Positions 9,441 to 18,035 of a stretch of DNA of 64,000 bases are shown one piece after another. Under the pieces are notes generated by a model, which had not been told where the DNA came from, did not search any database, and worked only from the letters and a program-made list of their open reading frames with translations. The position numbers and the translations under genes were made by a program. Numbering within the stretch: position 1 is the stretch's first letter; the number at the start of each line of letters is the position of its first letter. Source of the stretch: Candidatus Binatia bacterium (GTDB lineage Bacteria > Desulfobacterota > Binatia > HRBIN30); contig JBBRSP010000012.1 of the NCBI GenBank assembly GCA_038245295.1, forward strand, positions 64,001-128,000, read 5' to 3'.

Positions 9441-10952
9441 CTACGGCTGTTGGATCGGACAGCCGTCCTGTACCCGTTCCACGGCGGCAAGCAGCTCGTC
9501 GATTGTTACCGCCGCATCGCCATTGCGATCCATGGGAGTACAGCGTGAAAGAGGGCTGACTTCGAGTGCGATCGCAACGCCGAGGACCAGCTCATCAATC
9601 GTTACGGCGTCGTCGCCATTGCAGTCTCCGAGACACGGTGGCTGATAGAGAGACTTCAGACGCTGCGTGCCTGCCGCCGTTCCATCCGTCACCCATAGGT
9701 CGAGCGGTTCGGAATTCCCTTCGCCGGTGGTGATGAAGGCAAGCGGACCAACTGGGGTAACGAATGACCGGCTTGGCAAATCAACCAACTTGACGGTCCC
9801 GGCTGGAGTGCCATCGGTGTGCCAGACCGAGAAGGCTGTATATTGAGCAACGGCGTACACCCCGTATCCAGCCGTCGGCGATAGGGATGGCACTGGAAAG
9901 AAGGCAGAGCTTTGCTGCTGCCTGATCTCGGCGAGAGACTCGCCGGCCCCGAAGACGTCTCCCACTTGCAAATCGAAGAGGCCGTCAGCCTGGTAACTGA
10001 GGCCGATGATCCGGTCGCCGTCGAGCACCGTCTGCGCAGCCCACGGTAGTGAGGCCATCACCGTACCTTCCGGGGTCCCATCGGTTCGGATCAGCCCTGG
10101 CATGAAGCCAACCGAGACGAAGGCGTAGTGGGCCGTGTGGAAGCGGAAGGTCTCGGCAAAGCTTGGGAGATCGAGCAGAGGAGAAGCCCCCGGCGGGGCA
10201 GAGGTCACCTGCCATAATTGCGGCTGCTGCGTACCACCCTTCACCAGGAACCAGAGGCGACCGTCGATCAGCAGCACATCCCCGGTGATCCCTCCGGTAA
10301 GTCCCAAGCCGCTGGGATTCGCGTCGACGAAGAGGTGCGTACCGTCTTCCGTTCCATCGGTCACCCACAACTCGCGGTCTGGAGCGGGGCTACTGGCAGC
10401 GAAGTACACGACATCTCCGACCACCGTGAGTGATCCCGGGATGGAGTCGATGCGGCCCGGGTTAATGTCCTTGACCAAGCGGGTGCCATCGGCCGTCCCA
10501 TCACTCACCCACAATTCCAACCCGGATTGGGGCGTTGCCAATTGGAACGCAACGAAGCCCGGCGCCGCGACCATTGCTCCCCGCACGCTTGTGCCGCGTA
10601 GCGATTGGGTGCCCAGGATGGACGCCACGAAGACCGTGCCCGCCGATGTCAGATTTGTCTTCCACAGCTCGACGCCCTCGCCACCGGGTAACTGCGCCGG
10701 GATGAGCAGGTAACAGTCCGGCCCCCGAACGGCGGTCAGGAGCACCCCTGGACCGCTGATCTCGGCAAAGCTCTCGGTACCCACAACCGTGCCGTCGCTG
10801 CGCCAAAGAGTCATACGACCTGCATCCGCGACGATGGCCAACAACTGGTTCCCGATGGCCACCGTCGCCGCAACGCCCGCCGCGGATGCTCTGCCCATGC
10901 CCGCTACAAACATCGCCAAGGCTGACACCAAAATCATCAAGATCCGAGACAC
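9441..10952 (-). CDS. Secreted ELWxxDGT-repeat protein with C-terminal dockerin-like domain
   Basis: ELWVSDGTADGT, ELWVTDGTEDGT, DLWVTDGTAAGT; C-terminal CLGDCNGDDAVTIDEL...DRNGDAAVTIDEL; GTG 10952 preceded by GGAGG. Confidence 0.85.
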   Translation of the reverse strand: MSRILMILVSALAMFVAGMGRASAAGVAATVAIGNQLLAIVADAGRMTLWRSDGTVVGTESFAEISGPGVLLTAVRGPDCYLLIPAQLPGGEGVELWKTNLTSAGTVFVASILGTQSLRGTSVRGAMVAAPGFVAFQLATPQSGLELWVSDGTADGTRLVKDINPGRIDSIPGSLTVVGDVVYFAASSPAPDRELWVTDGTEDGTHLFVDANPSGLGLTGGITGDVLLIDGRLWFLVKGGTQQPQLWQVTSAPPGASPLLDLPSFAETFRFHTAHYAFVSVGFMPGLIRTDGTPEGTVMASLPWAAQTVLDGDRIIGLSYQADGLFDLQVGDVFGAGESLAEIRQQQSSAFFPVPSLSPTAGYGVYAVAQYTAFSVWHTDGTPAGTVKLVDLPSRSFVTPVGPLAFITTGEGNSEPLDLWVTDGTAAGTQRLKSLYQPPCLGDCNGDDAVTIDELVLGVAIALEVSPLSRCTPMDRNGDAAVTIDELLAAVERVQDGCPIQQP

Positions 10953-11060
10953 GGCCCCTCCCCCTAAAAAACACTGCGTCCAAGGAACGTCTCCCCAATG
11001 GCGGACGATCTGACACACGGCAATCGTCGCTGTCAAAGGCTCTGGTGATTGTCGCGACCA

Positions 11061-11276
11061 GGTAGTGGGTCCATTTGAAAACCGAGGCAGTGAGGGATTC
11101 GTCATTCCTGCGAAAGAGACTGTCGATTTTCTCTGATTCATCGCTTGAGACTGCGCGAACACCCCGTCATACCGGCGAAAGCCGGTATCTCCCCATCATT
11201 GCCTTCCGCTCGAGGAGATCCCGGCTTTCGCCGGGATGACGTTGCCTACCCTTGGGAATCAAACGGACCCACTACC
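11061..11276. mobile_element. MITE-like non-autonomous element with ~27-bp terminal inverted repeats
   Basis: ggtagtgggtccatttgaaaaccgagg (11061-11087) vs reverse complement of 11250-11276 ggtagtgggtccgtttgattcccaagg; no transposase. Confidence 0.65.
11165..11241. repeat. REP-like double hairpin (GTCAT.CCGGCGAAAGCCGG...CCGGCTTTCGCCGGGATGAC)
   Basis: cgtcataccggcgaaagccggtatctcc ... ggagatcccggctttcgccgggatgacg; partial third copy gtcattcctgcgaaag at 11101. Confidence 0.8.
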
Positions 11277-11327
11277 CGTGACCATGTGGGCTCGCCAAAA
11301 CGCTGTCGGCATGACAAATTCCCGCGC

Positions 11328-11741
11328 ATGCCTGACTACAGTTTGTTCGGCGACGAACACGTCGCCAAGTACGAAGCGACCGGCGGTAAGGTCGGTCACG
11401 ATTGGAACGACACGAGCTGCCTGATCCTGCACACGCGTGGCCGCAAAAGCGCCACGCTACGCAAGTTCGCGCTCATCTACGGGCGCGATGGCGAGGATTA
11501 CGTACTCATCGCCTCAAAGGGCGGCGCACCCGACAACCCTGGTTGGTACAAGAATCTCGTTGCCCATCCCGACGTCGAGATCCAGGTGTGGGACAAAGTG
11601 ATTCCCGTCACCGCCCGCACCGGCACGGCGGCCGACAAGCAACGCGTCTGGCCGGCGATGGCTAAGCAGTGGCCGGGGTACGATGAGTACCAGCGGAACA
11701 CGAAGCGGGACATTCCCGTCGTCTTGTTGCGGCCGCGCTGA
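11328..11741 (+). CDS. Deazaflavin (F420H2)-dependent nitroreductase family (Ddn-like)
   Basis: LILHTRGRKS, VLIASKGGAPDNPGWYKNLVAHPDV, YDEYQRNTKRDIPVVLL. Confidence 0.9.
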   Translation: MPDYSLFGDEHVAKYEATGGKVGHDWNDTSCLILHTRGRKSATLRKFALIYGRDGEDYVLIASKGGAPDNPGWYKNLVAHPDVEIQVWDKVIPVTARTGTAADKQRVWPAMAKQWPGYDEYQRNTKRDIPVVLLRPR

Positions 11742-11899
11742 GCAAGGGCGCGACGGCGCTGACCAGGAGAGAGTCCATGGAGCGAAAGACGCAGCTGTCG
11801 ATCGAAGACGGCCGTGGACGAAGAGCTGCGGCTAGAGGCTGACGACTAAGTCCACACCCCAAATATCCAACAGAAATTCTACGATTCGCACTTGCCACA

Positions 11900-11920
11900 A
11901 AGCGAAAATTAGGCGAAAAC
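11900..11920 (+). promoter_or_regulatory. Candidate DNA-damage operator: direct repeat GCGAAAA with 11-bp period just upstream of imuA
   Basis: aaGCGAAAAttagGCGAAAAc ending 8 bp before the GTG start. Confidence 0.4.
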
Positions 11921-11927
11921 TGCCGCT

Positions 11928-12728
11928 GTGCTGGTCTCCACCTCCAACCAAGCACTGGCGGCAGACCACCCTCCTGCCGCCGGCGAGACGCGCCCCTTGC
12001 AGCGGGCGCGTCTCGCCGCCCTCCCCTTACCCGGGCGGATTCATTTTGGCCTGACCACTCCGGAGCCGCTGCGTCGTTTATCGACGGGGCATACCGAGCT
12101 CGACGCGTTGCTCGCCGGTGGTGTGCCGCGCGGACGCATCAGTGAAATTCTCGGCTCGGCTTCTTCGGGGAAGACTACCGTGTTGTTGTCGTGTCTGGCG
12201 GCGGCGACGCGGCGGCAGGAAGTCGTAGCGTATGTCGATATCGCCAATGCCTTGAGTCCGGAGTCGGCGGCGCGGGCCGGCACCGATCTACGGCGTTTCC
12301 TGTGGGTGCGGCCGCCACACATCAAAGCCGGCTTCAAATGTGCCGAGTTATTGCTGCAAGCCGGCGGCTTTACCCTGGTGGCGCTTGATCTCGGCAACCA
12401 TCCGCCACAACGTCTGGCCGCCAATATCTGGCCGCGGCTACTGCACGGTGCCGAGCAATCTCAAACCGCCTTTATTGTTCTCGCCCGTGCGTGTGCGGCC
12501 GGCAGCTTTGCGGTGTTGAGTTTGCGTTTGCGGCCACAGCGGCCGCGTTGGTTGAACGGCGCCTGGCCATTGTTCGATGGCCTCGACAGTCGGGCGGTTC
12601 TGGAGCGCAACAAGCTGGGGATTCCCGGGGAGGGTTCGGTGGCGTTGCGGATGGGGCCTATGGGACAGATGGGACTTGAGGGGCGGATGGATGCGGAGGG
12701 ATCTGATCTTTTTTGTGCGGGCACGTGA
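11928..12728 (+). CDS. imuA: RecA-like ImuA protein
   Basis: LSTGHTELDALLAGGVPRGRISEILGSASSGKTT; DLRRFLWVRP; directly upstream of imuB. Confidence 0.85.
   Translation: MLVSTSNQALAADHPPAAGETRPLQRARLAALPLPGRIHFGLTTPEPLRRLSTGHTELDALLAGGVPRGRISEILGSASSGKTTVLLSCLAAATRRQEVVAYVDIANALSPESAARAGTDLRRFLWVRPPHIKAGFKCAELLLQAGGFTLVALDLGNHPPQRLAANIWPRLLHGAEQSQTAFIVLARACAAGSFAVLSLRLRPQRPRWLNGAWPLFDGLDSRAVLERNKLGIPGEGSVALRMGPMGQMGLEGRMDAEGSDLFCAGT
12651..12690 (+). repeat. 9-bp periodic tract (atgggaNNN) in frame in the imuA 3' end
   Basis: atggggcct atgggacag atgggactt gaggggcgg atgg encodes MGPMGQMGLEGRM. Confidence 0.55.
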
Positions 12729-14240
12729 GTGCGGCTCGCTTGTCTCTATGTTCCGCAATTTCCTTTGGCGGCGCTGCTGCGCAGTTCTCCGGAGCTCCGC
12801 GGCGAAGCCGTCGTCGTGGTCGAGCAGATTGCGCCGCGTGGCCGTATTGTTGCTGTCTCGGAAGCGGCCGAGCGGCGTGGCATTCGTTACGGCTCGAGTC
12901 TGGCGCAGGCGCATGGGATCGACGCCGAGGTGCAGGCGCGTGTCGTCTCGGTCGACACCATCGCCGCAGCCCAGGCTGCCCTGTGTGATGCCGCGGCTTC
13001 GTTCACGCCACGCCTCGAAGACGCCACCGAAGGTCTGGTCTATCTCGATCTGAGCGGACTAGGCGCGCTCTTCGAATCGGAGTTGCAACTAGCCCATGCA
13101 CTGTCGCGGCGCGCCTGGCAGCTTGGGTTGGAAGCCCAGGTTGGGGTCGGCAATTCCAAGAATGCGGCGCTGCTGGCGGCACGCCATGGCGGCGGCGTGC
13201 GGGTGATCCCGCCGCAAGAGGAATGGAGCTTCCTGGCGCCGGTGGCGATCAGCGCCCTCGAACCGAATCCGACGTTGGCGGCAACACTGCAGCGCTGGGG
13301 TATCCGCACGGTGGGCGATCTGGTGTCGCTGCCGGTGCAACAGATCGGCGCGCGCCTGGGTCCGGAAGGCACCGCCCTGTGGCATCGCGCTCGTGGGGAT
13401 GAGGATCGTCCGCTGGTGGCGCGCACCCTGCCGCTGCACTTCGAAGAAGGACAAGATCTCGACTATGGCATCGACAATCTGGAGCCGCTGCTGTTCGTGG
13501 CGCGCGGCCTGTTGGATCGACTGATCACACGCCTGGCGTTGCGCGGACTCATCTGTGGCGACTTGCGTTTGTCGTTACGTCTGGCCACACGCGGGCGTGA
13601 CGACCGCACCGTCACCATCGCCGCGCCGAGTAATGATCTCAAAGCCCTGCTGGCGTTGCTGCGCCTGCACCTCGAAAGCCATCCACCGGCCGCCGCAATC
13701 GAAGGCATCCGCCTGACGGCCCTGCCCGAACGCCTACGCGCTTCCCAACTCGATCTCTTTCTCCCACCCGGCCCGGCACCGGCCAAACTCGCCGTGACCC
13801 TGGCCCGCCTGTCGGCCCTGTGCGGCAGCGAACACGTCCGCGCCCCGGCCCTGGCCGACTCGTATCGACCGGATGCGTATCAGGTGGAGGAGTTCAGGGT
13901 CCAGGAGCAACAAGCGGTTGCGCGGTTAGGCGGTTACGCGGTCAAGGGAGCAACAACTCGCATAACCGCCAACCGCCTGGCTTTAGCTCTACGCGCCCTC
14001 CGACCGCCGCACGAGATCGAAGTATTCTGCAATCGCGACCGCCCCGACTTCGTGCGCGGGCCCCACTTTGCCGGACGTGTCGTGCAAGCCGCCGGCCCAT
14101 GGCGTGTGCACGGCGAGTGGTGGAGCGAAGGTGCCTACCTGCGCGACTACTACGATGCCTCGCTGAGCGACGGTGGGGTGTATCGCCTCTACTACGACGT
14201 GACGACACGCCGTTGGTTCGCGGATGCGCAGTACGACTGA
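12729..14240 (+). CDS. imuB: ImuB, inactive Y-family polymerase homolog
   Basis: MRLACLYVPQFPL, VYLDLSG, clamp-binding QLDLF, C-terminal AGPWRVHGEWW...RDYY. Confidence 0.9.
   Translation: MRLACLYVPQFPLAALLRSSPELRGEAVVVVEQIAPRGRIVAVSEAAERRGIRYGSSLAQAHGIDAEVQARVVSVDTIAAAQAALCDAAASFTPRLEDATEGLVYLDLSGLGALFESELQLAHALSRRAWQLGLEAQVGVGNSKNAALLAARHGGGVRVIPPQEEWSFLAPVAISALEPNPTLAATLQRWGIRTVGDLVSLPVQQIGARLGPEGTALWHRARGDEDRPLVARTLPLHFEEGQDLDYGIDNLEPLLFVARGLLDRLITRLALRGLICGDLRLSLRLATRGRDDRTVTIAAPSNDLKALLALLRLHLESHPPAAAIEGIRLTALPERLRASQLDLFLPPGPAPAKLAVTLARLSALCGSEHVRAPALADSYRPDAYQVEEFRVQEQQAVARLGGYAVKGATTRITANRLALALRALRPPHEIEVFCNRDRPDFVRGPHFAGRVVQAAGPWRVHGEWWSEGAYLRDYYDASLSDGGVYRLYYDVTTRRWFADAQYD
13914..13981. 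repeat. GCGGTTAC-type 8-mer array plus inverted AACCGCC arm, in frame within imuB
   Basis: gcggttgc gcggttag gcggttac gcggtcaa ... taaccgccaaccgcctggc. Confidence 0.75.
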
Positions 14241-14250
14241 AAAAGATTTC

Positions 14251-14275
14251 ACCGCAGAGGCGCAGAGCCGCCGAG
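14251..14275 (+). repeat. Left inverted repeat flanking the GxxExxY gene
   Basis: accgcagaggcgcagagccgccgag; 23/25 match to the reverse complement of 14701-14725. Confidence 0.85.
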
Positions 14276-14307
14276 CGAGAGACCGCAGAATTTGAAAGAG
14301 TACAACA

Positions 14308-14727
14308 GTGAAACGGGATCCTTTGACGAATTCAATCATCGGTGCAGCGATTGAAGTGCATCGGATCATGGGTCCCGGTCTCCTCGAAAGCATTTACGAG
14401 GATTGCCTGGCCTACGAACTGTCGCAACGTGGCCTTAGCTTCGAACGACAATACCCCCTCGTCATCACCTACAAAGGTCATCCAGTGGGAGCAAATTTGA
14501 AAATTGATCTTTGGGTCGAGAGGCGAGTAGTCGTTGAATTGAAGTCGCTGGCAACGTTGTTACCCGTCCATGAGGCGCAACTACTCACCTATCTCCGATT
14601 GAGTGGTTCTCCCGTCGGATTGCTCGTCAACTTCAACGTCCTCCTTCTCCGAGACTGCATCAAACGCATGGTTCATCACTACCAGACCCCTCATTCCGAT
14701 CTCGGTGCCTCTGCGCCTCTGCGGTAA
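14308..14727 (+). CDS. GxxExxY protein (PD-(D/E)XK nuclease superfamily)
   Basis: IIGAAIEVHRIMGPGLLESIYE; IDLWVERRVVVELK; HEAQLLTYLRLS...GLLVNF. Confidence 0.95.
   Translation: MKRDPLTNSIIGAAIEVHRIMGPGLLESIYEDCLAYELSQRGLSFERQYPLVITYKGHPVGANLKIDLWVERRVVVELKSLATLLPVHEAQLLTYLRLSGSPVGLLVNFNVLLLRDCIKRMVHHYQTPHSDLGASAPLR
14701..14725 (-). repeat. Right inverted repeat flanking the GxxExxY gene
   Basis: ctcggtgcctctgcgcctctgcggt, directly followed by the TAATG stop/start overlap with dnaE2. Confidence 0.85.
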
Positions 14728-17700
14728 TGAAATTCATCGAGCTCCACACGCGCAGCGCGTTCAGTTTCCTCGAAGGCGCTTCCCTCCCCGAGGGTCTCGT
14801 TGGGCGCGCCGCCGAGCTCGGCTACCCGGCGCTGGCCCTCAGCGACCGCGACGGCCTGTACAGCGCTCCACGTTTTCATCAAGCCGCCAAGAAGGCCGGT
14901 GTGCGGGCGATCATCGGGTGTGAGGTTACGCTGGTGGATTCTCATCCCAGCCTAGCCGCCAACCGCCTTGTCCTGCTGGCTTCCAACCGCAAAGGCTACC
15001 AAAACCTCAGCCGCCTGATCACGCAGACCAAGCTGCGCGCCGCCAAGGGCGCCTCGTCGGCGACCTGGAATGATCTGGAAGAGCACAGTGAAGGGCTCAT
15101 CTGTATTACCGGGGATCCATTGGACCACGCGGTTACGCGGCTACGCGGTTACGCGGTTCACGAAGAGGTGGATCGCCTAACCGCCTACCGCCTACCTATA
15201 TTGGATCGCCTACGTTCCCTCTTCCCCAACCGCCTCTACATCGAGTTGCAACGTCACCTTGATCCCGAGGAGGAGCGGCGCAATCGTTTCCTCATCGATG
15301 TCGCGACGCACTATGGCTTGCCGTTGGTGGCGACCAACGATGTGCGTCACGCCTTGCCGCAAGGCCGGCGATTGCTCGACATCCTCACATGCATTCGCGG
15401 CAAAACCACACTCGACGCCGCCGGGCGCTTGTTGCTCAACAATGCCGAGCGTCATTTGAAGTCGCCGGCTGAGATGGTGCGGCTGTTTCGCGATCGCCCC
15501 GACGCCATCACCAACACCCTGCGCATCGCCGAGCAATGCGAGTTCACACTCGCTGATCTCGGCTATCGTTTCCCCGACTATCCCTTGCCCGCCGGCGAGA
15601 CGCCGATGGGTCATCTGCGTGAGCTCACCGATGCCGGAGCACGCGGACGTTACGGCACGTTGAACACGCGGGTGAAGCGGCAACTCGAGCATGAGCTCAA
15701 CATCATCGGCAAGCTCAACCTGGCCGGCTACTTCCTGATCGTCTGGGACATCGTCGAGTTTTGCCGGCGCCACGGCATCCTGGCGCAGGGACGCGGCTCC
15801 GCTGCCAACTCGGCGGTTTGTTATTCGCTCGGCATCACCGCCGTCGATCCAATCGGCATGGAGCTTTTGTTTGAGCGTTTTCTTTCCGAAGAGCGCGGCG
15901 AGTGGCCGGATATCGACATCGATCTACCAAGCGGCGATCAACGCGAACGCGTCATTCAGTACGTCTACCAGCGTTACGGCGAACGCGGCGCGGCGATGAC
16001 CGCCAACGTCATCACCTACCGCACGCGCAGCGCCGTGCGGGAGGTCGGCAAGACCCTCGGTTTCTCGTTGGAGCAAGTCGACAAACTCTCGAAGCTGCTG
16101 CGGCGCTTCGAGTTCCGCGACAGCGACGACGATCTCGCCGTGCAGTTGCGCGAAGGCGGCGTCGACCCCCAGGCGCCACGTGTGCAGTTGCTGGTCGACA
16201 TGGTGCAGCAGATCCAGAACCTGCCGCGCCATCTCGGCCAACACTCCGGCGGCATGGTGATCGCGGCGGGGCGGCTCGACGCCGTGGTGCCGCTGGAGCC
16301 GGCGTCGATGCCCGGGCGTGTCGTCGTGCAATGGGACAAAGACGACTGCGCCGACCTCGGCATCATCAAGGTCGATCTGCTCGGCCTCGGCATGATGGCC
16401 GTGTTGGAAGAAACCATCCCGCTGATTCGTGAGCACGAAGGAGCCGACATCGACCTGGCGCATCTACCGGCCAACGATCCGAAGACCTACTCGATGCTGC
16501 AGCAGGCCGACACCATCGGCGTGTTTCAGGTCGAAAGTCGGGCTCAGATGGCGACCCTGCCGCGCATGAAGCCGACGTGTTTCTACGATCTCGTCGTCGA
16601 GGTAGCGATCATCCGACCAGGCCCGATCGTCGGCCAGATGGTGCATCCCTATCTCAATCGTCGCAACGGCCGCGAAGCGGTAACCTATGCCCATCCCGAC
16701 CTCGAGCCGATCCTCAAGCGCACTCTCGGTGTGCCGCTCTTCCAGGAGCAACTGTTGCGCATGGCCATGGTGTTGGCCGGCTTCACCGGCGGCGAAGCCG
16801 AGGAGTTGCGCCGCGCCATGGGTTTCAAACGTTCAACGGAGCGTATGCAGCAGATCGAAGAGCGACTGCGCAGCGGGATGTCCAAGCGCGGCATCAGCGG
16901 CGAGGCGCAAGATGAGATCGTGCGCGGCATCACCTCGTTTGCACTCTACGGGTTCCCCGAGAGTCACGCCGCCAGCTTCGCCTTGCTGGCCTATGCCTCG
17001 GCGTATCTGCGCGCGCACCACCACGCCGCCTTCGTGTGCGCCATGCTCAACAACTGGCCCATGGGTTTCTACCATCCCGCGACTTTGGTGAAGGATGCGC
17101 AGCGGCACGGCGTGCGGGTGCTGCCGATCGATGTGATGCGCTCGGGGTGGAAATGCGGCTTGGAAAAGACACCACGGCGGCACGGAGACACGAAGGAGTT
17201 GGCCGTTCGTTTGGGGCTACGTTACGTCACTGGCCTGCGTGAGGACACGGCCAGGCGCATCGAGCGTGAGCGTGCCGGGGCGACATTTTGTTCGCTGCCC
17301 GACGTCGTTCATCGCTGCGACCTGCGTGACGACGAAGCCCAGACCTTGGCGCATCTCGGCGCCTTTGCCTCGCTGGGTCCGGCACGTCGTGAGGCCTTGT
17401 GGCAAGTCACCGCCATCCCACGAGAACCGTTGTTCCGCGGGACAACCTCCGCGCCTCCGCGTCTCCGCGGCGAAGAATCCCCGTTGCCTGAGATGTCCGC
17501 CCTGGACCGCACCTTGGCCGACTACAAAGCCAGTGGACTCACGGTGGGCTCACACATCGTCAAGCATCAACGGGAAGAACTCAACGCCGCCGGCGTTCTG
17601 CGCTCTGTCGATCTCAAGAACGCACGCGACGGGCGCTGGGTAAAGATCGCCGGCCTGGTCATCGTGCGCCAACGGCCGGGGACAGCGAAGGGCATGTGCT

Positions 17701-18035
17701 TCATCACGCTAGAAGACGAAACCGGCACAAGCAACGCGGCGGTGATGCCGAACGTGTTTCAAAGGTATCGCGCCACGATTCACACCGCGGCCATGCTGCT
17801 GATCGAAGGACCGCTGCAACAAAAGGATGGAGTCACACATGTGCTGGCACAGCGTCTGAGCGAGATTCATTTGCCACAACAACAGATCGCCCAGCGCGGC
17901 ATGGGTTATCGCATGCGCACCACGCCTCAGGACAATGAGCCAGCTCTGCAACCCCTCGACCCCCAACGCCCAACCTCCGACCCGGCGGCTCCTGTGGCCG
18001 CTTTCATCCCGCCCAAGTCGCACGACTTCCGCTGA
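14727..18035 (+). CDS. dnaE2: Error-prone DNA polymerase DnaE2 (ImuC)
   Basis: PHP domain (ELHTRSAFSFLEGAS), QGRGSAANS, WPDIDID, FPESHAASFA, OB fold (VRQRPGTAKG), C-terminal SHDFR resembling the DnaE2 SRDF motif. Confidence 0.95.
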   Translation: MKFIELHTRSAFSFLEGASLPEGLVGRAAELGYPALALSDRDGLYSAPRFHQAAKKAGVRAIIGCEVTLVDSHPSLAANRLVLLASNRKGYQNLSRLITQTKLRAAKGASSATWNDLEEHSEGLICITGDPLDHAVTRLRGYAVHEEVDRLTAYRLPILDRLRSLFPNRLYIELQRHLDPEEERRNRFLIDVATHYGLPLVATNDVRHALPQGRRLLDILTCIRGKTTLDAAGRLLLNNAERHLKSPAEMVRLFRDRPDAITNTLRIAEQCEFTLADLGYRFPDYPLPAGETPMGHLRELTDAGARGRYGTLNTRVKRQLEHELNIIGKLNLAGYFLIVWDIVEFCRRHGILAQGRGSAANSAVCYSLGITAVDPIGMELLFERFLSEERGEWPDIDIDLPSGDQRERVIQYVYQRYGERGAAMTANVITYRTRSAVREVGKTLGFSLEQVDKLSKLLRRFEFRDSDDDLAVQLREGGVDPQAPRVQLLVDMVQQIQNLPRHLGQHSGGMVIAAGRLDAVVPLEPASMPGRVVVQWDKDDCADLGIIKVDLLGLGMMAVLEETIPLIREHEGADIDLAHLPANDPKTYSMLQQADTIGVFQVESRAQMATLPRMKPTCFYDLVVEVAIIRPGPIVGQMVHPYLNRRNGREAVTYAHPDLEPILKRTLGVPLFQEQLLRMAMVLAGFTGGEAEELRRAMGFKRSTERMQQIEERLRSGMSKRGISGEAQDEIVRGITSFALYGFPESHAASFALLAYASAYLRAHHHAAFVCAMLNNWPMGFYHPATLVKDAQRHGVRVLPIDVMRSGWKCGLEKTPRRHGDTKELAVRLGLRYVTGLREDTARRIERERAGATFCSLPDVVHRCDLRDDEAQTLAHLGAFASLGPARREALWQVTAIPREPLFRGTTSAPPRLRGEESPLPEMSALDRTLADYKASGLTVGSHIVKHQREELNAAGVLRSVDLKNARDGRWVKIAGLVIVRQRPGTAKGMCFITLEDETGTSNAAVMPNVFQRYRATIHTAAMLLIEGPLQQKDGVTHVLAQRLSEIHLPQQQIAQRGMGYRMRTTPQDNEPALQPLDPQRPTSDPAAPVAAFIPPKSHDFR
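15127..15196. repeat. ACGCGGTT x4 plus inverted CCGCCTA arm, in frame within the dnaE2 PHP domain
   Basis: acgcggtt acgcggct acgcggtt acgcggtt ... cgcctaaccgcctaccgcctacc; related half-site gcctagccgccaaccgcct at 14950-14968. Confidence 0.75.
17170..17195 (+). repeat. GxxExxY-IR-like 9-bp-period arm in frame in dnaE2
   Basis: caccacggcggcacggagacacgaag (encodes TPRRHGDTK). Confidence 0.6.
17447..17474 (-). repeat. GxxExxY-IR-like arm, opposite orientation, in frame in dnaE2
   Basis: ctccgcgcctccgcgtctccgcggcgaa (encodes SAPPRLRGE), same pattern as ctctgcgcctctgcggt at the right IR. Confidence 0.65.
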
